Positions 11,351 through 25,869 are shown, numbered from the whole stretch's first letter. The stretch is DNA of 63,472 nt, filler included, from Sphacelaria rigidula (GCA_964200075.2; 6 parts of 6 records of this genome joined end to end with filler, not necessarily neighbours in it); one strand, 5' to 3'. Notes: a model not told the origin generated them from the sequence alone. Translations and numbers: made by a program.

Positions 11351-14300
11351 GTTGGGTAGAACTGATGCGCCGCGAAGAACAGGCGATTTTTTTATATGGT
11401 GTCGCGTAACTCTGTTGAATCTACGGTTCGCTGTCGCCGTTATATCTGTTGCATCTGGTCATGATCCAGGGACCACAACCGTCAAAGTTCACCCGCAATC
11501 TTCAACGCGGAAACTCGATACGCACAGCAACGCCTCCCACGTCCGTGGAGTCTACGGGGGCTTCTCCAGTTCTTCTGGCCCCGCGGCCAATACTCCAGAA
11601 GGTAAGGTTGAATTATGGTGCAGTGTCCTATGATGTAGATTTTGAGTTGTTCGGCCAACAGCCGAGACCCACGTCTCTCGTTCGTACCACAGCAGTCAAC
11701 ATCAGAAATAAGAGGTTTCGGCTGGAAGCGATTTTTCCCCGTTTGTCGCTCACCAGGTCTTATCACGGTAAAAGGTGGAGCCCGAAATTCCGACATGGAG
11801 CGTTACTCCCAACTAACCCTTCTGCGACTGTTTGCTTTTGGCTCAAGAATTATGGATTGTTTGGGATGTAGAATAGACGGAAAACTGACGCAAACAAAAC
11901 TGCGAGACAAAAACGCGTTCTTGCAATTGGGAAACTATCGGGCTAACCCGATACTATTGTACTTGATATTGGCCCGCCCTTGCGGTTGGTCACTCTTCAT
12001 GAGCGCTCTACTCTCAATCCCACGAAAACGTTGTTACTACTGAGACTGATGGAGTCCCTAAAGAGTCAAGCCTTCGACCGCCGGGGTAGGTGATCATTGA
12101 AACTAGCTCATTTTTCACGTGGAGGTGGTGCCCATTCGATAGATGACCCACTCCCGGCGGTGAAGGTACTGACTATTTTCAACGTTTGGCTTGTGTACAC
12201 CGTCGTGTACATTCTACTCTCCGCTGTTGCTGTGATCGCATGTTTTTTTGTTGTTGTGCACCTTGACGACGTATTGCAAATTTGTGTGTCCTGCAGGGTA
12301 TGCAATACCAGGAAGTGGGGGAATTTTGGTTGGCGTGCATAATCAACCCTACCGAAATGTGTATCGAACGGTTCGGTCCGGCAGGGTATCGAGCCTCGTT
12401 CCAAACAAATTCGCCGTGGTTCGGAAGGGTATTCGCCGATTGAAGAACAATATTTTGTACTGTTGGAAGAATTAATTCGAATTCCAGCCGGTATACCCCA
12501 GATAACACAATCCTGATATTTTGCGATGTACAAGATAATAACTAGACCCAGGTTTTTGCGCTCATGTTGGTGCGAAAGATTCATTGAATGCTGATATATA
12601 TTTTTTAACATTATTCACAAATGTAATTTCGTATGTCCCTTCACCTGAAATTTCACAGGTTCCGTGTGTCTCTGCCTGTGGCGCGGGCCTTCTCGACGGC
12701 ACGGTATCTTCAGAATCGTTTTCTGTCAGCGAAGCCGAGGCATCGCTGCTGTGCAACAAGCCAAGCGATGTGGACTACTCCGACCTCGCTTCATTTCTGA
12801 CCGAGAGCTTCGATACCAGACAGGTATCCGAATAAATGACAATGGTGACAATGGTGATAACAGTAATGCTAAGGGATGCCGTACTGTTGCCATACTTGAG
12901 GTAACCATCGGAGGTGAATTCGATGCGCAAAATGCGATAATTGCTTGACAAGTCCAAGCCGTAAATAGCCGTATTTTGACTTGGTCAGCGCTGTTAACTC
13001 GAGTGCATGTCATCGCGGTCTTCCACGATTCGGCGTGCCCACACTGTGGATGAAGGTGTGTGCGAAGGGAAATATATAGAGCGTGTGGTTATGAAAAGTG
13101 TGGAGCTTTTTTCGAGCCCTCGGTCATTGCTGTGAGTTGTTTTTTGCTGCGCTTTGCCTTTTGAGGTTGACATCTGCTTGACCCGCCTATTCTTATCGCG
13201 TGGCGCTTTTTTTCTCATCTCTCTTTTTTACAAATATCTGTTTTGAGAAGTTTTTTTCCAAATGTCGTTCGGCTGACTGGCAATCGTTATCCCCGGACCC
13301 ACATGTGTAAAATATTATTGCCTTGGCGGGTTTACAGGATACATGTGTCACTGACTCAGTGTACCGAGAAATATAATGCTAGCGCCAACCATTGATTTGA
13401 AAAAGAAATGTGTTTTTGTGTCGTTGATCAAGCGATGGGCGGTTCGAGTGGTCCTTGTCTTCTGCGGCGAATCAAATGGAAGTTCATTTCAGGGTGTGCT
13501 CAAACGGGAGCCTGTGCGAGAAAGAACAGCTTTTGTGCGGTTTCGAAGCAGTGGCATTGGACATGAGAGTTGTAGTATAGTGAGAAAAGGGGCTCTAGGT
13601 GTTATGGTGGAGATTGTTTCGTGTTTTGTCATCCTCCGGCCGAAGGCGATTTCCATCGCGTACAGGCATAACGGAAACACTGTGGAAAACGCAAGACTCG
13701 AAATTTTGCCACGTTTTTTTTTCGCGCAATGGTCACGCAAGCGGGTTTTGCACCACGATGAGGACGCGGTGCATCAATTGGGCACTTGAGGGCCCATTTG
13801 AATGAAAAATATGGAAAAATATGCGAAAAAAAAGGAGCATATCAGCCAGCCTGCCCACAACCACCAGCTTGCCTCCCTAACGAGGATACTAAAGGGGACT
13901 TTTTCGGCAGGGCGGTGTTTCTTCCAGCGCTGGACACAGTCGCAACGGGCGTGACTGAAAGACACGGCTGAGGCAATCTACGTAGCCCAGACCGAGCAAA
14001 CACGCAGACACCCAGAGCACAAGCGCATCGCTCGTAGCGCTAGCTCCCGCTCATCTATACAGTGTCATTTGTTTCACGGCAATCCGTTTGGCGGTCGGTA
14101 TTGGAATGGGGCCGGTTGTGTGTGTGCCAGAAACATTGCTCAGGATGGGAGTTGTTGACCGTTTGTGGGGTTGTTGTGCGGCGCTCGCATGACAGAACTG
14201 ATGATGTCTCATTCAATTTTGAACCGATTTCCCCCAAAGTGGAAAGGTTGTACACGGTCCGTCAATCCTCATAGCTACGGCTCGAGCTATTCATCCGTCT

Positions 14301-16554
14301 ATCCTAGGACAGTGTGATCAGGAGTTGATGTGAACTTGTTCCTCAGGTCAGGTAATTGCGCCGCTGGTTCATGTTGCCCTTCACGGCGGACAGCCGAAAG
14401 AAACCTTGGCGAATAGCCCGAACATTCCGAAATATTTACGAAGAGAAAGCTCCGCTGGCACGCAGAGGAGGCGTCGCCGCTTCTGCTCCTTTGGGGGGGG
14501 GAGGGGAGGGGTATCGCAGCAACCAATCCACATGTTTCTTTTTACCCTCTTATTCTCGCTCGCTACTTTTTGTCTCGATAAGACACAGCCTTGCGTACTG
14601 GTGGCGCTGCGCATCGCCGACGCATCGCCGGCGCAAGAGAGAGAAATCTTCGGAAACCGGATGTCAATTCAGCATGATGGCGTTAGGAGTAACAAATGTA
14701 GTAGTTGATTTAGAAGGATATTGAAGAATGACCAGGAGGTCGTTAGAAGCTAGCCCAACCAGGAGGGGGAACCATGCTGAGAATGTTGTGACGGTCGCAG
14801 TATGCGGGAGGGTAGAATTGCGCAGAATATAGTACCTTCGGTCTGTTGCACATGAAATTTATGAAGGAGCAAAACGGCGTGACTTGTGCCTCCTCACGAG
14901 CTGTGAAAAAAACGTTTTGATTCGATACAAAGGACGCGTGCTGATGTTGAGCCTGAATACAATATCCAAGCTGGAGGCGAACTTGTTTTCAAAGTGGAAA
15001 ATTACTCCCCGAGTGGGTTTCAACCCATCGACGCCAAATGGTAGAGATCGACGCTGTAATAGACTGGGGGGGAGGGGAGAGGGGGAGAATATCCCTAGGT
15101 AAAGAGTGTTTTATGCATGACTGAAGTGTTGAGGGCCACACAATGCACTAGATACTGTACGCATAGGTGGTGCTTGGGAACAGCGAGGTACTGCTCCGCT
15201 AAATCGTGGCGGGTAAGATCATTTTTAGTGGGGACAAATCTGCATGTTCTCAAACCGGTGGATTTCAATATCTCTACATACGTTTTTTTTTTTGCGGATC
15301 GCGTTTTCGAACCCCAGTCCGTTGAGGCAACGTATCTCGGCTACTGCTATCGCTGTGGGGAAAGTAGATATATTTCACGATTCTCCTGACGTTGACTTGG
15401 AGTGTTTCGCCTTTCTTGCTTGAACTTAGACACGCCCGGATATGTGTACAAGAGATTTGCTGCCCAAATCTTTCCTTCGCGCACACATGCTCAGACGTCT
15501 CAATTTGAGGGGTAATGCAAAATACCAAAACTCAACGTTCCGACGATCGGAGACAATATTTGGTTTCCTCACAGCTAGCGAGAGATTATTACTCAACGGA
15601 CAGGTCTTGAAACTCGATCCAAGGGAGAGCAATCACCTCCAGGGAGGCGGAAATCCACATATTTGAACAAAAGCATATTAGTCCCCGGAAGAACTTATCT
15701 TGCCGGCGGTACTATTCCGAAAGGAGGTCTGCCGCGCAAAGGTGAAATACTATCTTGGTTAATGGGGATGCGGCCCAAACTAAAAAAAAAAAGATGACTT
15801 TTTTGAGAGGAGGGCAGTGAAACCTAATGATAATGTGGCGGACAGCACCAACGGGGTGTGCGTTCTTCGCAGAGGGGGAAGCGCGCGGGTTGCGGAGATG
15901 TGTTTGCCGCACTCGCGAGAGCATTTGCACTGTTGCAATTTTACGGCGGAGAGGTGCATCTCTGTGTGGTACCAACTGTATCAGTGAAGCGTGTGAAGTC
16001 GCCCCTGTGGAAAGCGCTGTTGGTAGCTGTTGCCTGCCAGGAGCTCGTCCATCGTTGTTCCTCCAGGAAAAGTCGTTTCGGTGTCTCCTTTGAATGTCTC
16101 GACCGCATCCCCGGGTTGAGAAATATTTGCTTTGAAAGTATCCCTGCTGCTCATGTGCAAAATTTTGCAAACTTCCGCGTCTGTTTGTCGTTCAAAAGTC
16201 GCCTCCGAGTTCGTTAACACACCTAACGACCAGTGTGTTACAGCCTAGAGCAGTGCATGGCCGATGTCCATGGGGGAGGATATCCGAAGGTTTTGTTTAG
16301 AGGTAGTGTGCTCACACCAATAGACGGGCATTTTGGAGGCTAGAGTGGACGCGGCCGAGGGGTTCTGTAAGGTCGAGTGTACCTCCACGTGCCCAAGCGG
16401 CGAAGTTGGTCTCAACTTTGCAGACGGCCTGTGCGCAGTGCGACATGGCGAAAGCAAAGTCCCCACTCGGGGGGAGTACGTGTTTTGGTGTTGTGGGGGT
16501 GCGTGGTGCGTGTGACGACGTCGTTGACACCAATTGAAGCACGTGCACCAGAGC

Positions 16555-16765
16555 ACCCGTTAGTTTGGGATCCAGATGCTCCGATAAATGTTGGATGATG
16601 ACCCATATCCAAGCGCTCGACATCTCTTGTCATGACTGTTTAGTGGGTGCGTGTCATGACGTTTTTCGCACGAAGTGAAACAGGGGGACAAAAGCATGCG
16701 TTGCTTTGAGACCCAGATGCTTCGATGAATGCTGGATGATGGTCCGTATCCAAGCGCTCGCCGTC
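16555..16765 (+). repeat. Diverged direct duplication (~70 bp, period ~140 bp) in a decayed coding-like region
   Basis: ccagatgctccgataaatgttggatgatgacccatatccaagcgctcg versus ccagatgcttcgatgaatgctggatgatggtccgtatccaagcgctcg. Confidence 0.75.
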
Positions 16766-19700
16766 CCCGTGTTTCGAGTAATGGTATACCACTAAGCAAA
16801 AAGTGTTCCATTCCGGTCCCGTGCTGTGCTGCTGCATCCGTGTGACAAAAACAAACAAACACAGGATGGCGTAGGGGCCGGCAGTGAACGCGTCTCACTC
16901 GGAGATGACCCATACAGTGACTACTTGGAGTTTGGCCACTGCGACTCCCTGAACCTTATGCAGTACCCGACGCCAGTTGACGCTTCAGCAGCAGCCAGAG
17001 CGTCGCGAGGCCTTGCACCGCCGCGTTTCGCGGCGCAGGAGCCGAACCAGCCTGCCGCTCTTCCTAATGACCGACTTAATGGGAGTGGCGGCAGCAACAA
17101 CTGTAGTACTAGTGGCGGTGCAGGTGGGGGTGATGCAGGTGGTTGTAGCAATGGGGGTGGAGGTGATGGCAGTGTAAGTAGTAATGGTGGTGGTAGTCAC
17201 AGTCACGTAGATATGGGAGAGGGCGATGCGGTGTCGGCATTAGGCAGTGATCTTGGCGGGGGGAGTGCTGCTGCTATGGAAGTGTATAACATGTTTGGGT
17301 TGACGTTACCCAACATGGCGTGCGATCCGTACTACGATTGTTCGAGTGTGTACTCTTCGCAACATTGATCGAGATGCTCCTGACGTGCCACTAGGTCATG
17401 GTCCATGTTGCGGGGGGGGGGGCTGTATATCCGTGGTTGCATGCCGCCTTTTCAATTGGCTTAGGAGCAGTGCGATGGTTTGGCCGCCGCAACAAAGAAT
17501 CGTCCCGATTGATTAGAGAGGCAGCGTCGGGGTTCGAAGTCCGTGTCTTATACGACGATACTGTCGATGCTGAAGTCATTTCTCAGTCTCCTCCCGCGTA
17601 CGCGTGTACACGTACGCACGGGTTTCACTTTGAAATGATGATCCGACGCGGGCCGTTATGGCCACTGAGCAATTAGAGTCAGCTCTTGGTGTTGCCGATG
17701 TAAAAACGTGATGAATCCTCGACAAAATTATAGTACGCGTAATTCACCCCTTGTATAGCATGATTTCCCCATATACTACTTTTACGCCAGGTATTAATGT
17801 GAAAACACAGGAGTATTCCATAAAAAGCTAACGTCTGGCTAGGGCAGTGTCCGTTACCCTTTGGTATTTTGTATGTTGGCGCTTCGTTGAGTGTGTGGGT
17901 TTTGTGCTGATCACGCAGTGAAGCTTTAGGTTTTTTTCTGTATCTGAATATCTGAGAAGCCGAAAAAGGCGTGCAAGGTATTTTTACCTGTTCTGTGTTG
18001 ATTTGTGCGAGCTCGTCACGTCCGTCGTTGGGGACTCGACCGTGTTGTTTGTGACGCAGCGATATACATTCGTTGTTGGGAGCGGTAAAAGATAGAAAGT
18101 GTTTTTCTTTCTGTCAAGGCTTGTACATACTGAACCTTCGTCCTGTGCCCGCTGGCGAGATATTCGTGGTGCACTATACGTTTTGTTTTGTAAGCTATAT
18201 TTTGTGCGTGTCACCCTACGCTACCGACGCATTGAATAGCGTGGCCAATGCTGCTGCGCACTTGTGGTCCAAGAATATGGCGCCACTCACTGCACTGAGT
18301 GCTGTCGTTGACTATTATTTTATTTCTACACGAGTGCTGTCATCGATGATCTGATCCCTAGGGCAGACGGGTTGTAGATCGTTTATTTATTTTCTATTTT
18401 TTTTGTAGTCCCTGCTGGGAGCCAGATGGAAATCCTTCCCCGTCCTTTCCCCGATTGCTGAAGCGAGTACACGAGCTACGCAAGGGGTAGGGTTAGACCC
18501 GCCTTGGGTTGATCATCTGGAAGAGGCGAGGTGGTGTGAGACTGTCATCCACTAGTGCCCCCTTTGAATTGCTGCCCAGCTCGGCCCAGTACACGGGTCT
18601 TGCTTGAATTATTGTTTCGTTCTCGCAGCACCATATTCCCATATCTTTTTTCAGGGGGGAGGGAGGGGGGAGGGGTACAAGGAAATATCAGCAAAAGAGC
18701 AAACTTGTTGTCGTGATCAATGGATCACAAGGTGGCGACATAGAGGTGAGGGGGGTAAAAGATGGTTCGTCGGACAACACGCACGCGGCCCAGCAAAACG
18801 GTACTACCGTAGGTGGGCGTTCGCATTGCTCGTGTCAAAAAAGTCAAGTGGAGTGTTCCGTGTTTTACATTTTTTCCTTCCGGCGTCTTGTGCTTGTTCC
18901 GGGCGTGTTTTCATCTGTGTTCTTGATATTAAAACCAGTTGTAGTCCATCTTGCGGCGGGCGCCCCCGTGTGATTTGTTCTCCACTACTTGTTTGCCTAT
19001 TCAGGATACTTCCACGACTTCGACTTTATATGTTGAACGGTAGGGGCGTGCGTTTGTTCTGGGGGGGCCACATTTGGTCGGCAACTGAACCGCCCCTATC
19101 ACGGGATAACTACGTAGCACATTGCATGCCGTTGAGTGTTGACTTTCCCTGTTTTTGATGTGATGGACACCAGCGACCTTTCATTGTCGAGTCGTGTTCG
19201 CATTCCTGACAGGTGTAAAATTTAGAACCGTTGGATTAGTACTTTAGTATCCACAAATTACGATAGGCTTGTAGAATCAATTATACATTGATCCACGTGG
19301 TAATTTGTTTACCCACGATTTTTATCCTGACCCATCACTTGCGTTGCATATATCAGGAAGGACTGATGGCGCGATAGCTCCCCTCCCCAGAAAAAAAGCT
19401 GGTGTGAGGGGGCAAAGTCGACATATACATCGAAATGACAAAAGGCCGAGAACACCGAGCAGCTGGAAATGTCCACGCTTGGGATTGTTCTTGCCGATAT
19501 CACGCGTATGAGGTGCTTTATACAGCCTGAGGCCGTGTATTATCATTTTTTTTGGTGTCGAAAACGTGCGATCGAATCGAATTCGCTCGTTTCTGATTTG
19601 TTCACGCTACTGAGTTTCTGAGATGGTAGAGAACATGAATGCCGTGGACGTATCAGGTACGAGCAAATGTGATTCCACCGTACGTTTTCGAGTCACAAAC

Positions 19701-20589
19701 AAATTGATAAGGCACCGCCTGAACAAGTTATCATGCGCTACAACAGTGGATCCTTTTTTTCGTGGCATTTTCGGGGCGCGTTTGGGGGATTATCGCGGCA
19801 TCACTCGGAGAAGAATTAGAAGGTGCTTGCTGCTGTTCTAGGTCGTTGTTGAGAGCCCATCGCGGTGTGGCCGCTTAGTTAAAGGGAAACCTAAGTACGA
19901 TCGCTGTTTCGCCGCTCGTTGTTCCTGCATGAAGTAATATGAGGGCTGTCCTACGAGTCGGCTCCTTCAACGTGACGTTACGGATGGGTATTCCATCGTT
20001 AGGCATTAGTCGCAATAGCGTTAAAACGTCAACACCCAACAGTCGTACCCGTAGTTGTTACCAGTTGGTCAACCATCACTTCACGTTTGTACTTCTGGCA
20101 AAACGTTGGAGATGGATAAAAAGTGCAGACTTGCTGCGAAAGCACGATATGGGGACATATGAAGAGTTCTGCCTGTCGATTTCCCACCATCACTTGTACC
20201 TCCCACAGATGGGCACAGCACCCATACATGGGGATATATTTTGTAGTGAATTGAATTATTTGCGCTAAACGCCATTATGGTCGAGCGTCAAGATCGACAT
20301 ACGGCAAACACTGAGGACTCTGTTCGAAATCAACCGACGAACTAAAACATGAGACACATCCTGTTTCACTGCACTTTAGCTCAAACACACTCACGTCCGG
20401 TCTCATACGTGCTGTAGCTATCACTGTTCTATGGTTTGTTTAGACCTTGCGAACACAGTTTGGTCTCCGCTGAGATTGTTTGATGTGCTGTATGGTTGTG
20501 TTTGTCTCTAAAATATAGCATCAGTCGGGACGCAGTGCGGTATACACACTTGACCTGACTTGACTGTTGAAAACTCCCAAGGTTGTGTT

Positions 20590-21093
20590 CTGTAAGGTAC
20601 GGGTACGTTCTGTAGGGTATGAGATTCTGTACAGAGTTTACAGAACTGTCGGGTACCGGTTTGGAAGTCTCACAGAGTTTACAGAACTGTAGGGTACCGG
20701 TATGAAAGTCTCACAGACTTTGCAGAACTTGTCGGGTACAGTACGGGAGGCTTACAGGGAACCGGTACCGGCAATTGAGTAACTCTTTTCGGGTATACCC
20801 GCCCCTCGGGTTCGGGTAAATGTAACAGACCTGTCGTGTACCGGTACGAAAGTCGTACAGACTTTACAGAACTCGTCGGGTACGGTATAGGAGGCTTACA
20901 GAGAACGGGTACCGGCAATCGGGTAACTCTTTTCGGGTATACCCGCTCTTCGGGTTCGGGTGAACGTATTGTACAGAACTTACAGAAGTATCGGGTACCG
21001 GTATGAAAGTCTTACAGCGATTACAGAACTGTCGGGTACCGGTATGAAAGTCTTACAGAAGTTACAGAACTGTCGGGTACGGTACATACCCGG
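20590..21093. repeat. Degenerate ~41-bp tandem array (family B)
   Basis: Unit is approximately CAGAACTGTCGGGTACCGGTATGAAAGTCTTACAGAAGTTA, with a higher-order ~145-bp duplication. A reverse-oriented relic lies at about 25090-25320. Confidence 0.85.
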
Positions 21094-21226
21094 NNNNNNN
21101 NNNNNNNNNNNNNNNNNNNNNNNNNNNNNNNNNNNNNTTAATTAATTAANNNNNNNNNNNNNNNNNNNNNNNNNNNNNNNNNNNNNNNNNNNNTTTTATA
21201 GGAGTTTGTATGGCGTTTGGGGGGGG

Positions 21227-21267
21227 GGCGTACTCATTTGTTGCTTACCTTGGTCATTTGACCATTG
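21227..21267 (-). mobile_element. Poly(C)-tailed retroposon-like insertion, short copy
   Basis: 41-bp insert flanked by the direct repeat ATGGCGTTTGGGGGGGG (21210-21226 and 21268-21284). Homologous to 37371-37446 and to 62182 onward. Confidence 0.75.
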
Positions 21268-24200
21268 ATGGCGTTTGGGGGGGGAGGGGAGGTTGTGGTA
21301 TAGTACGATACCCCCCCCCCATGAAATGTCCGAAAAAAAACGGGTACGTACGGGTGCAGGATGTTGTGTTTCGTGCAGCCCTGACTGTACCGACTACAAC
21401 AGAGATGTTCTCCTGTCGAGATCAAAAACCGCGCGAAAACACGCGGTGGATTCAAACCCTTGCTGGGGGCATCTTGGCGATACCATGTATACCTCTGAGC
21501 CACACGTCACAGGGGACGTGGGGTCCCACACGGGATTTATACGAGCTGGGCCAACCTAACAGCGATTTTGAGCTTTCGCAACAATATCCCAGCGACGCAA
21601 ACGAATATGGCTGTGTGATCCGCACATCTTCTGAATCCTATAATCAAGGGATAGATGTCGATCTACTCCGAAGCGCCGCTCAAGAGTTGTCGTCGTCGAT
21701 TCATCGCCGTGTCGAGTACATCTCGTCAGGTGAGGAGATATCTTCACACTACAGTCTGAGCGAAACCCCGAACGATGTATACAGGGGATGATGATTCTTG
21801 ATGTGGGCATCCATTGGAGCACGGGGAAACGATCGATACCCCCACCTGTACCTCATTCAGTATCCGTTTAGAGATATGGCGCACACAATGTTTTATACTA
21901 ATCTCAATATATCACGCGGAGAGGCACTTGATGTACTACATCTGGATTTCGCGTCTCAGCTTTGACATTAGGGAGTTTCGGAAGATGTTTTTTTTTCATC
22001 ATGGAGTCAGAGTGCAGAGTGGAAGCTTCGAAACTTTATAGTGGACGTTAAAACGTTCATAGCGGAAGCTGATGTTACGTGGCTTGACGTGATTTTTGTT
22101 TGTCGCAGTGATTGGCTACAGGTTGCCCCGCCGAATGTACGATCGACCAAGGTCCAGTTTGAAAGTGCGTAGGCCGGCACAACACTAACTGTACCGTACA
22201 CCGCGGCATCCTACGCACCGTACTCTACGATTTTTCACTTCACCTGGAGTACTTCGATCCACTACGGCGCACTTCAGGACACTCTAGGGCTGTAGTGCTG
22301 TAGTGCTATGCAGCGTGGAGTACAGTGCAGTACAGAGAGTGCCGTGCGCAGCACTTCAAAACAGCAGACCTCGGCCCCATTGCGATGATTCTCTCCCACA
22401 TGCCACCCATAACGGTGGTGCAAAGCGTCATGATCTCTTATGGGATGGGAATACAGCCAGGTGTGGTACTGCTTGTGCGCTGTGTACACTACGAATCGTC
22501 CCCACCGTCTTATTCTTCCAGCTGAAGCTGGCAAGAGTGGGGAATTGCACCCGAGGCAACGTGTATCGAGCATTTGAATTTTCACGCAACACAACCAAGC
22601 GAATGCTGATACCATGGCGGCGTCAGGGAGGTTTTATGATTGCGATGCGAAGCTTTTCTACTTCGTGAATGGCCCATTGTGATGAATATGACAGTTTTGG
22701 TGGATGAAGAATGTCTCACTTTGCTTGGTAGGTTGTATTGACTTTGGACTGGACGTGACCATGGTGGTGAAGGTGGACGGGGTTCTTCTTCATTCCGCTA
22801 TGATCTGAAGAGGAACAACGGTTTTCAGAGTGAAGTGGTGCAAACGGCACTCTGACTCTGAAAAAATCACTCTGAAAAATACTTGATAGCGGAAAGTGCA
22901 CCGTTACGGGCTATTTTTCCTTCAACTCTGACTCTAAGATTTGAAGAACGTTTTCCGAAACTCTCTATTGTTGTTTGAAACTTGGTACGGAATATCTCAA
23001 GGGCAAAAAGCAAAACCTGAAGATGACGTTGGACACATCCAGGATTTTCTTCATGAAATAAGGGCGTTTTTGTGAAAAATGGACACGTTTTTTGACCCTA
23101 CAGGCTGGTTCACGAGTCACACCCGTAGTTGTGCCATCAGCAGTTGTCTTGCGCAATACTTTTCTATTAGTCGCGGATATGGTATCATGTTGGCTGCAAT
23201 GAACAAACGAAGAGGATCACTCAGTCGGATTTTTGTTCAAGGCTGTCGTTTGTTCCCGGTTCCCCAGGTGTCCAACGGTAAGCCATTCTCAGCGTGTTCA
23301 TGAGCACATACTCACGTGGATTACCATGTACGCTGGATTCCGTACTGAGTCAGCATCAATCGCTCGGTATCACCTTGGTTTGTTTCCCATGTCTCCGTAT
23401 CAGGTGTGCCGGAGTGGAGAGACATCACAGGGGCCTTCCGCTTACGCCCGTGGCTGGCACTTCTGCAGTACATTTGCAGGCGTGAATCGCGGGGATAATA
23501 CGTGCTTCGTGGTGCGAATCTTGTGGTACAATGTCCACCGCCAAGGCTCGCAAAGTTGCGGTGGGTGACGTCTCGGAAGGTAGCAGGGCCAACACGGAGC
23601 GAGGTGAGGAGAATATTCACGGGACCGTACCCAATTGTATTCATGCGTTCTATCGCTAGTAATATCTGCTACTGCTCACCGCGTTATGTCACCGTCCAAC
23701 ACGAGTGATTCCTGCCACTATTGATCAAATTCTGAAATTATATCACTCACGAATCCAGTCCATTCGAGTCCGATACGTCTCAGACCAGAGCAACAGAATT
23801 GCAAATGCTACCTGCAAGTAATGTCATATTCTTTTCGGTTTTGCAAGAGTACAGAGAAGTGGCTCACCCGTCTTCCATGCGTATCCGGGCAATAATCTTG
23901 GCTAATATGTCCTACATTTCACTTGAAGACACGATTATGATGACGCTGTACGTCTGGTCATATCGTACAGTATCCAACGGCACAGTACTCTTGTAGTGGG
24001 GTGTCGGCTTCATCCTACCGGGGAGAAGTGCACCCGGACGTTGCGGAACCCCTTGTGAAACGCACCGTTTGCAAGATGATCGTACCATCAGACAACGATC
24101 CAAACGTTATATCCTGCAGAATGTGAGCTATTGTAGTGTCGGGACCGTTATCTTGGCTTCAAAATAACCTGTGATTGCACGAAGCCGCTTGTTCAAAATG

Positions 24201-24329
24201 CAGCGGCTATTTTCCTCGCGTTTTACGTTTTTATTTTGTTCTACAGGTGCCGAGTATTTGCGATAGCACGACATTTCTGGTTGGATCAAGTCCATATGAG
24301 TTTTTAGGTCCCCTAGTTTTTTCAATCGA

Positions 24330-24720
24330 AATATTCTGAAGTTACTCAGGGATTTCCAAGTGATGGGAATCTCACGGGACAATCATCGGCCAACGATGTT
24401 TGAGGACCCCACTTCCCGTCCCATCCGGTCCCGACACGTTTCCGACTTCCTCATCTCGTCCCATCAAGCTTTAGTAGACGAGAAACGTAACCGTCCCGTC
24501 GTCTTTTTAGGGCCTCATGTCCCCATACCATCCCAACATATTCTCAGATTTCCCGCTCCGTCACATCAGTTTTTCAAGTGGAGGGAAAAGCACCCGTTCC
24601 GTCCCGATGCCTTGTTAGTCTTTGCCGTTCCCGCTCCGTTCGCACGGGACGCCCCTAGCTATTTCCCGTTATATGTCACGGGACGTCCCGTCCCGTTCAT
24701 ACAAGGGGATTCTGTGAACA
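24330..24720. repeat. TCCCGTCCC-motif-rich repeat
   Basis: Many copies of cccgtccc/cccgttcc/gggacg in both orientations. Confidence 0.6.
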
Positions 24721-25869
24721 GAATAGAATTTCCCCCTCAAATCTCAGCGGACATAGTTGAATACAGTGCAGTAGTCGGTGCAGTAATCTATTCAGTACAG
24801 AAGGGCAGTCAGTACGCCACTATGATATCAACAGCTGACGGAGTATCACCTGCTGCTATCCTGCGCCCTTGATCCACGGGAGATTACTTCATGTGCGGCA
24901 ACCCATCCATGAAAATCAATCAAGCGCGGTTGACGCACATCACCATGCATAATAGTAATGAGGTTACATGGTAACCTTAATGTGGCGCTTCGTCGCTCAC
25001 CCCCTGAAGCCGGAAATTATACGGGAATAATTGGGATATTTTCCCGGCTATTGCCCGTACGCGACCAATCTGCAGTGCTCTTAGCCTCCCATACCCGTAT
25101 CCGACGGTTCTGTAAATCTGTAAGCTTCCCATACCCCGACCCGGGGCATGGATACACTGTTGTAAAATCACCCAGTTAAAGGCACTGTTTTATGTACTCT
25201 ATGTAGATCCGTACTCGACATTTCTGTCAGTTCTGCAAGCCTCCCATACCAGTACCCGGCATTCCTGAAAGTTCTTTGAGGGAAATCTCATACCCCACGG
25301 GGCGTACCCGTGCCCTACAGAGCATAACATTGTAATACTGATGGCCTATGCGCGATAGCGTTTGTTCTTGTAATTAGGCTGGAGTCTAAAAAATAATCAT
25401 GTGCTCCATGTCTTGTAAGGAATGGCAAGGACGGTATTGGAAAGACGAGCCTACGTCTGTGACCACGGGTTCGAGAGATCGGACTAATGTGCGGAAGTAG
25501 TAAATAATAACAAAAACAATACACGAAACCAAACGCGACCGCATGGTGAAGGGTTGTTTGCAAAAAAAGTATCATGTATCCCACCTTACAGTAGACAACT
25601 TGTGTAAACCGATCAAAAGTGCACAAGTTGACCCCTCGGGTATTGTTTTTCGTCACAAAGAGATGACCAGGGAGGTTACGCCACCTTCAATTGGCTTGCT
25701 CTACCATTTGAGAGGAACCGGCACACCTCGACGATTTTCTGTGGGTGCAGTTTAACTCGGGTGAAAAAAGACGGAAATCGTGCACTTTTTGTACAAACCT
25801 CACTGATTTACGAAATGCATGCATGATCTATACTGGTGATCGTTCTTCAATTCACAAGTATGTACTTTT

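Noticed and set aside
19939-24130. Coding-like stretches near 19940-20270 and 23280-24100
   Set aside because: Interrupted by stops and with no family motif recognised. They cannot be called without a homology search.
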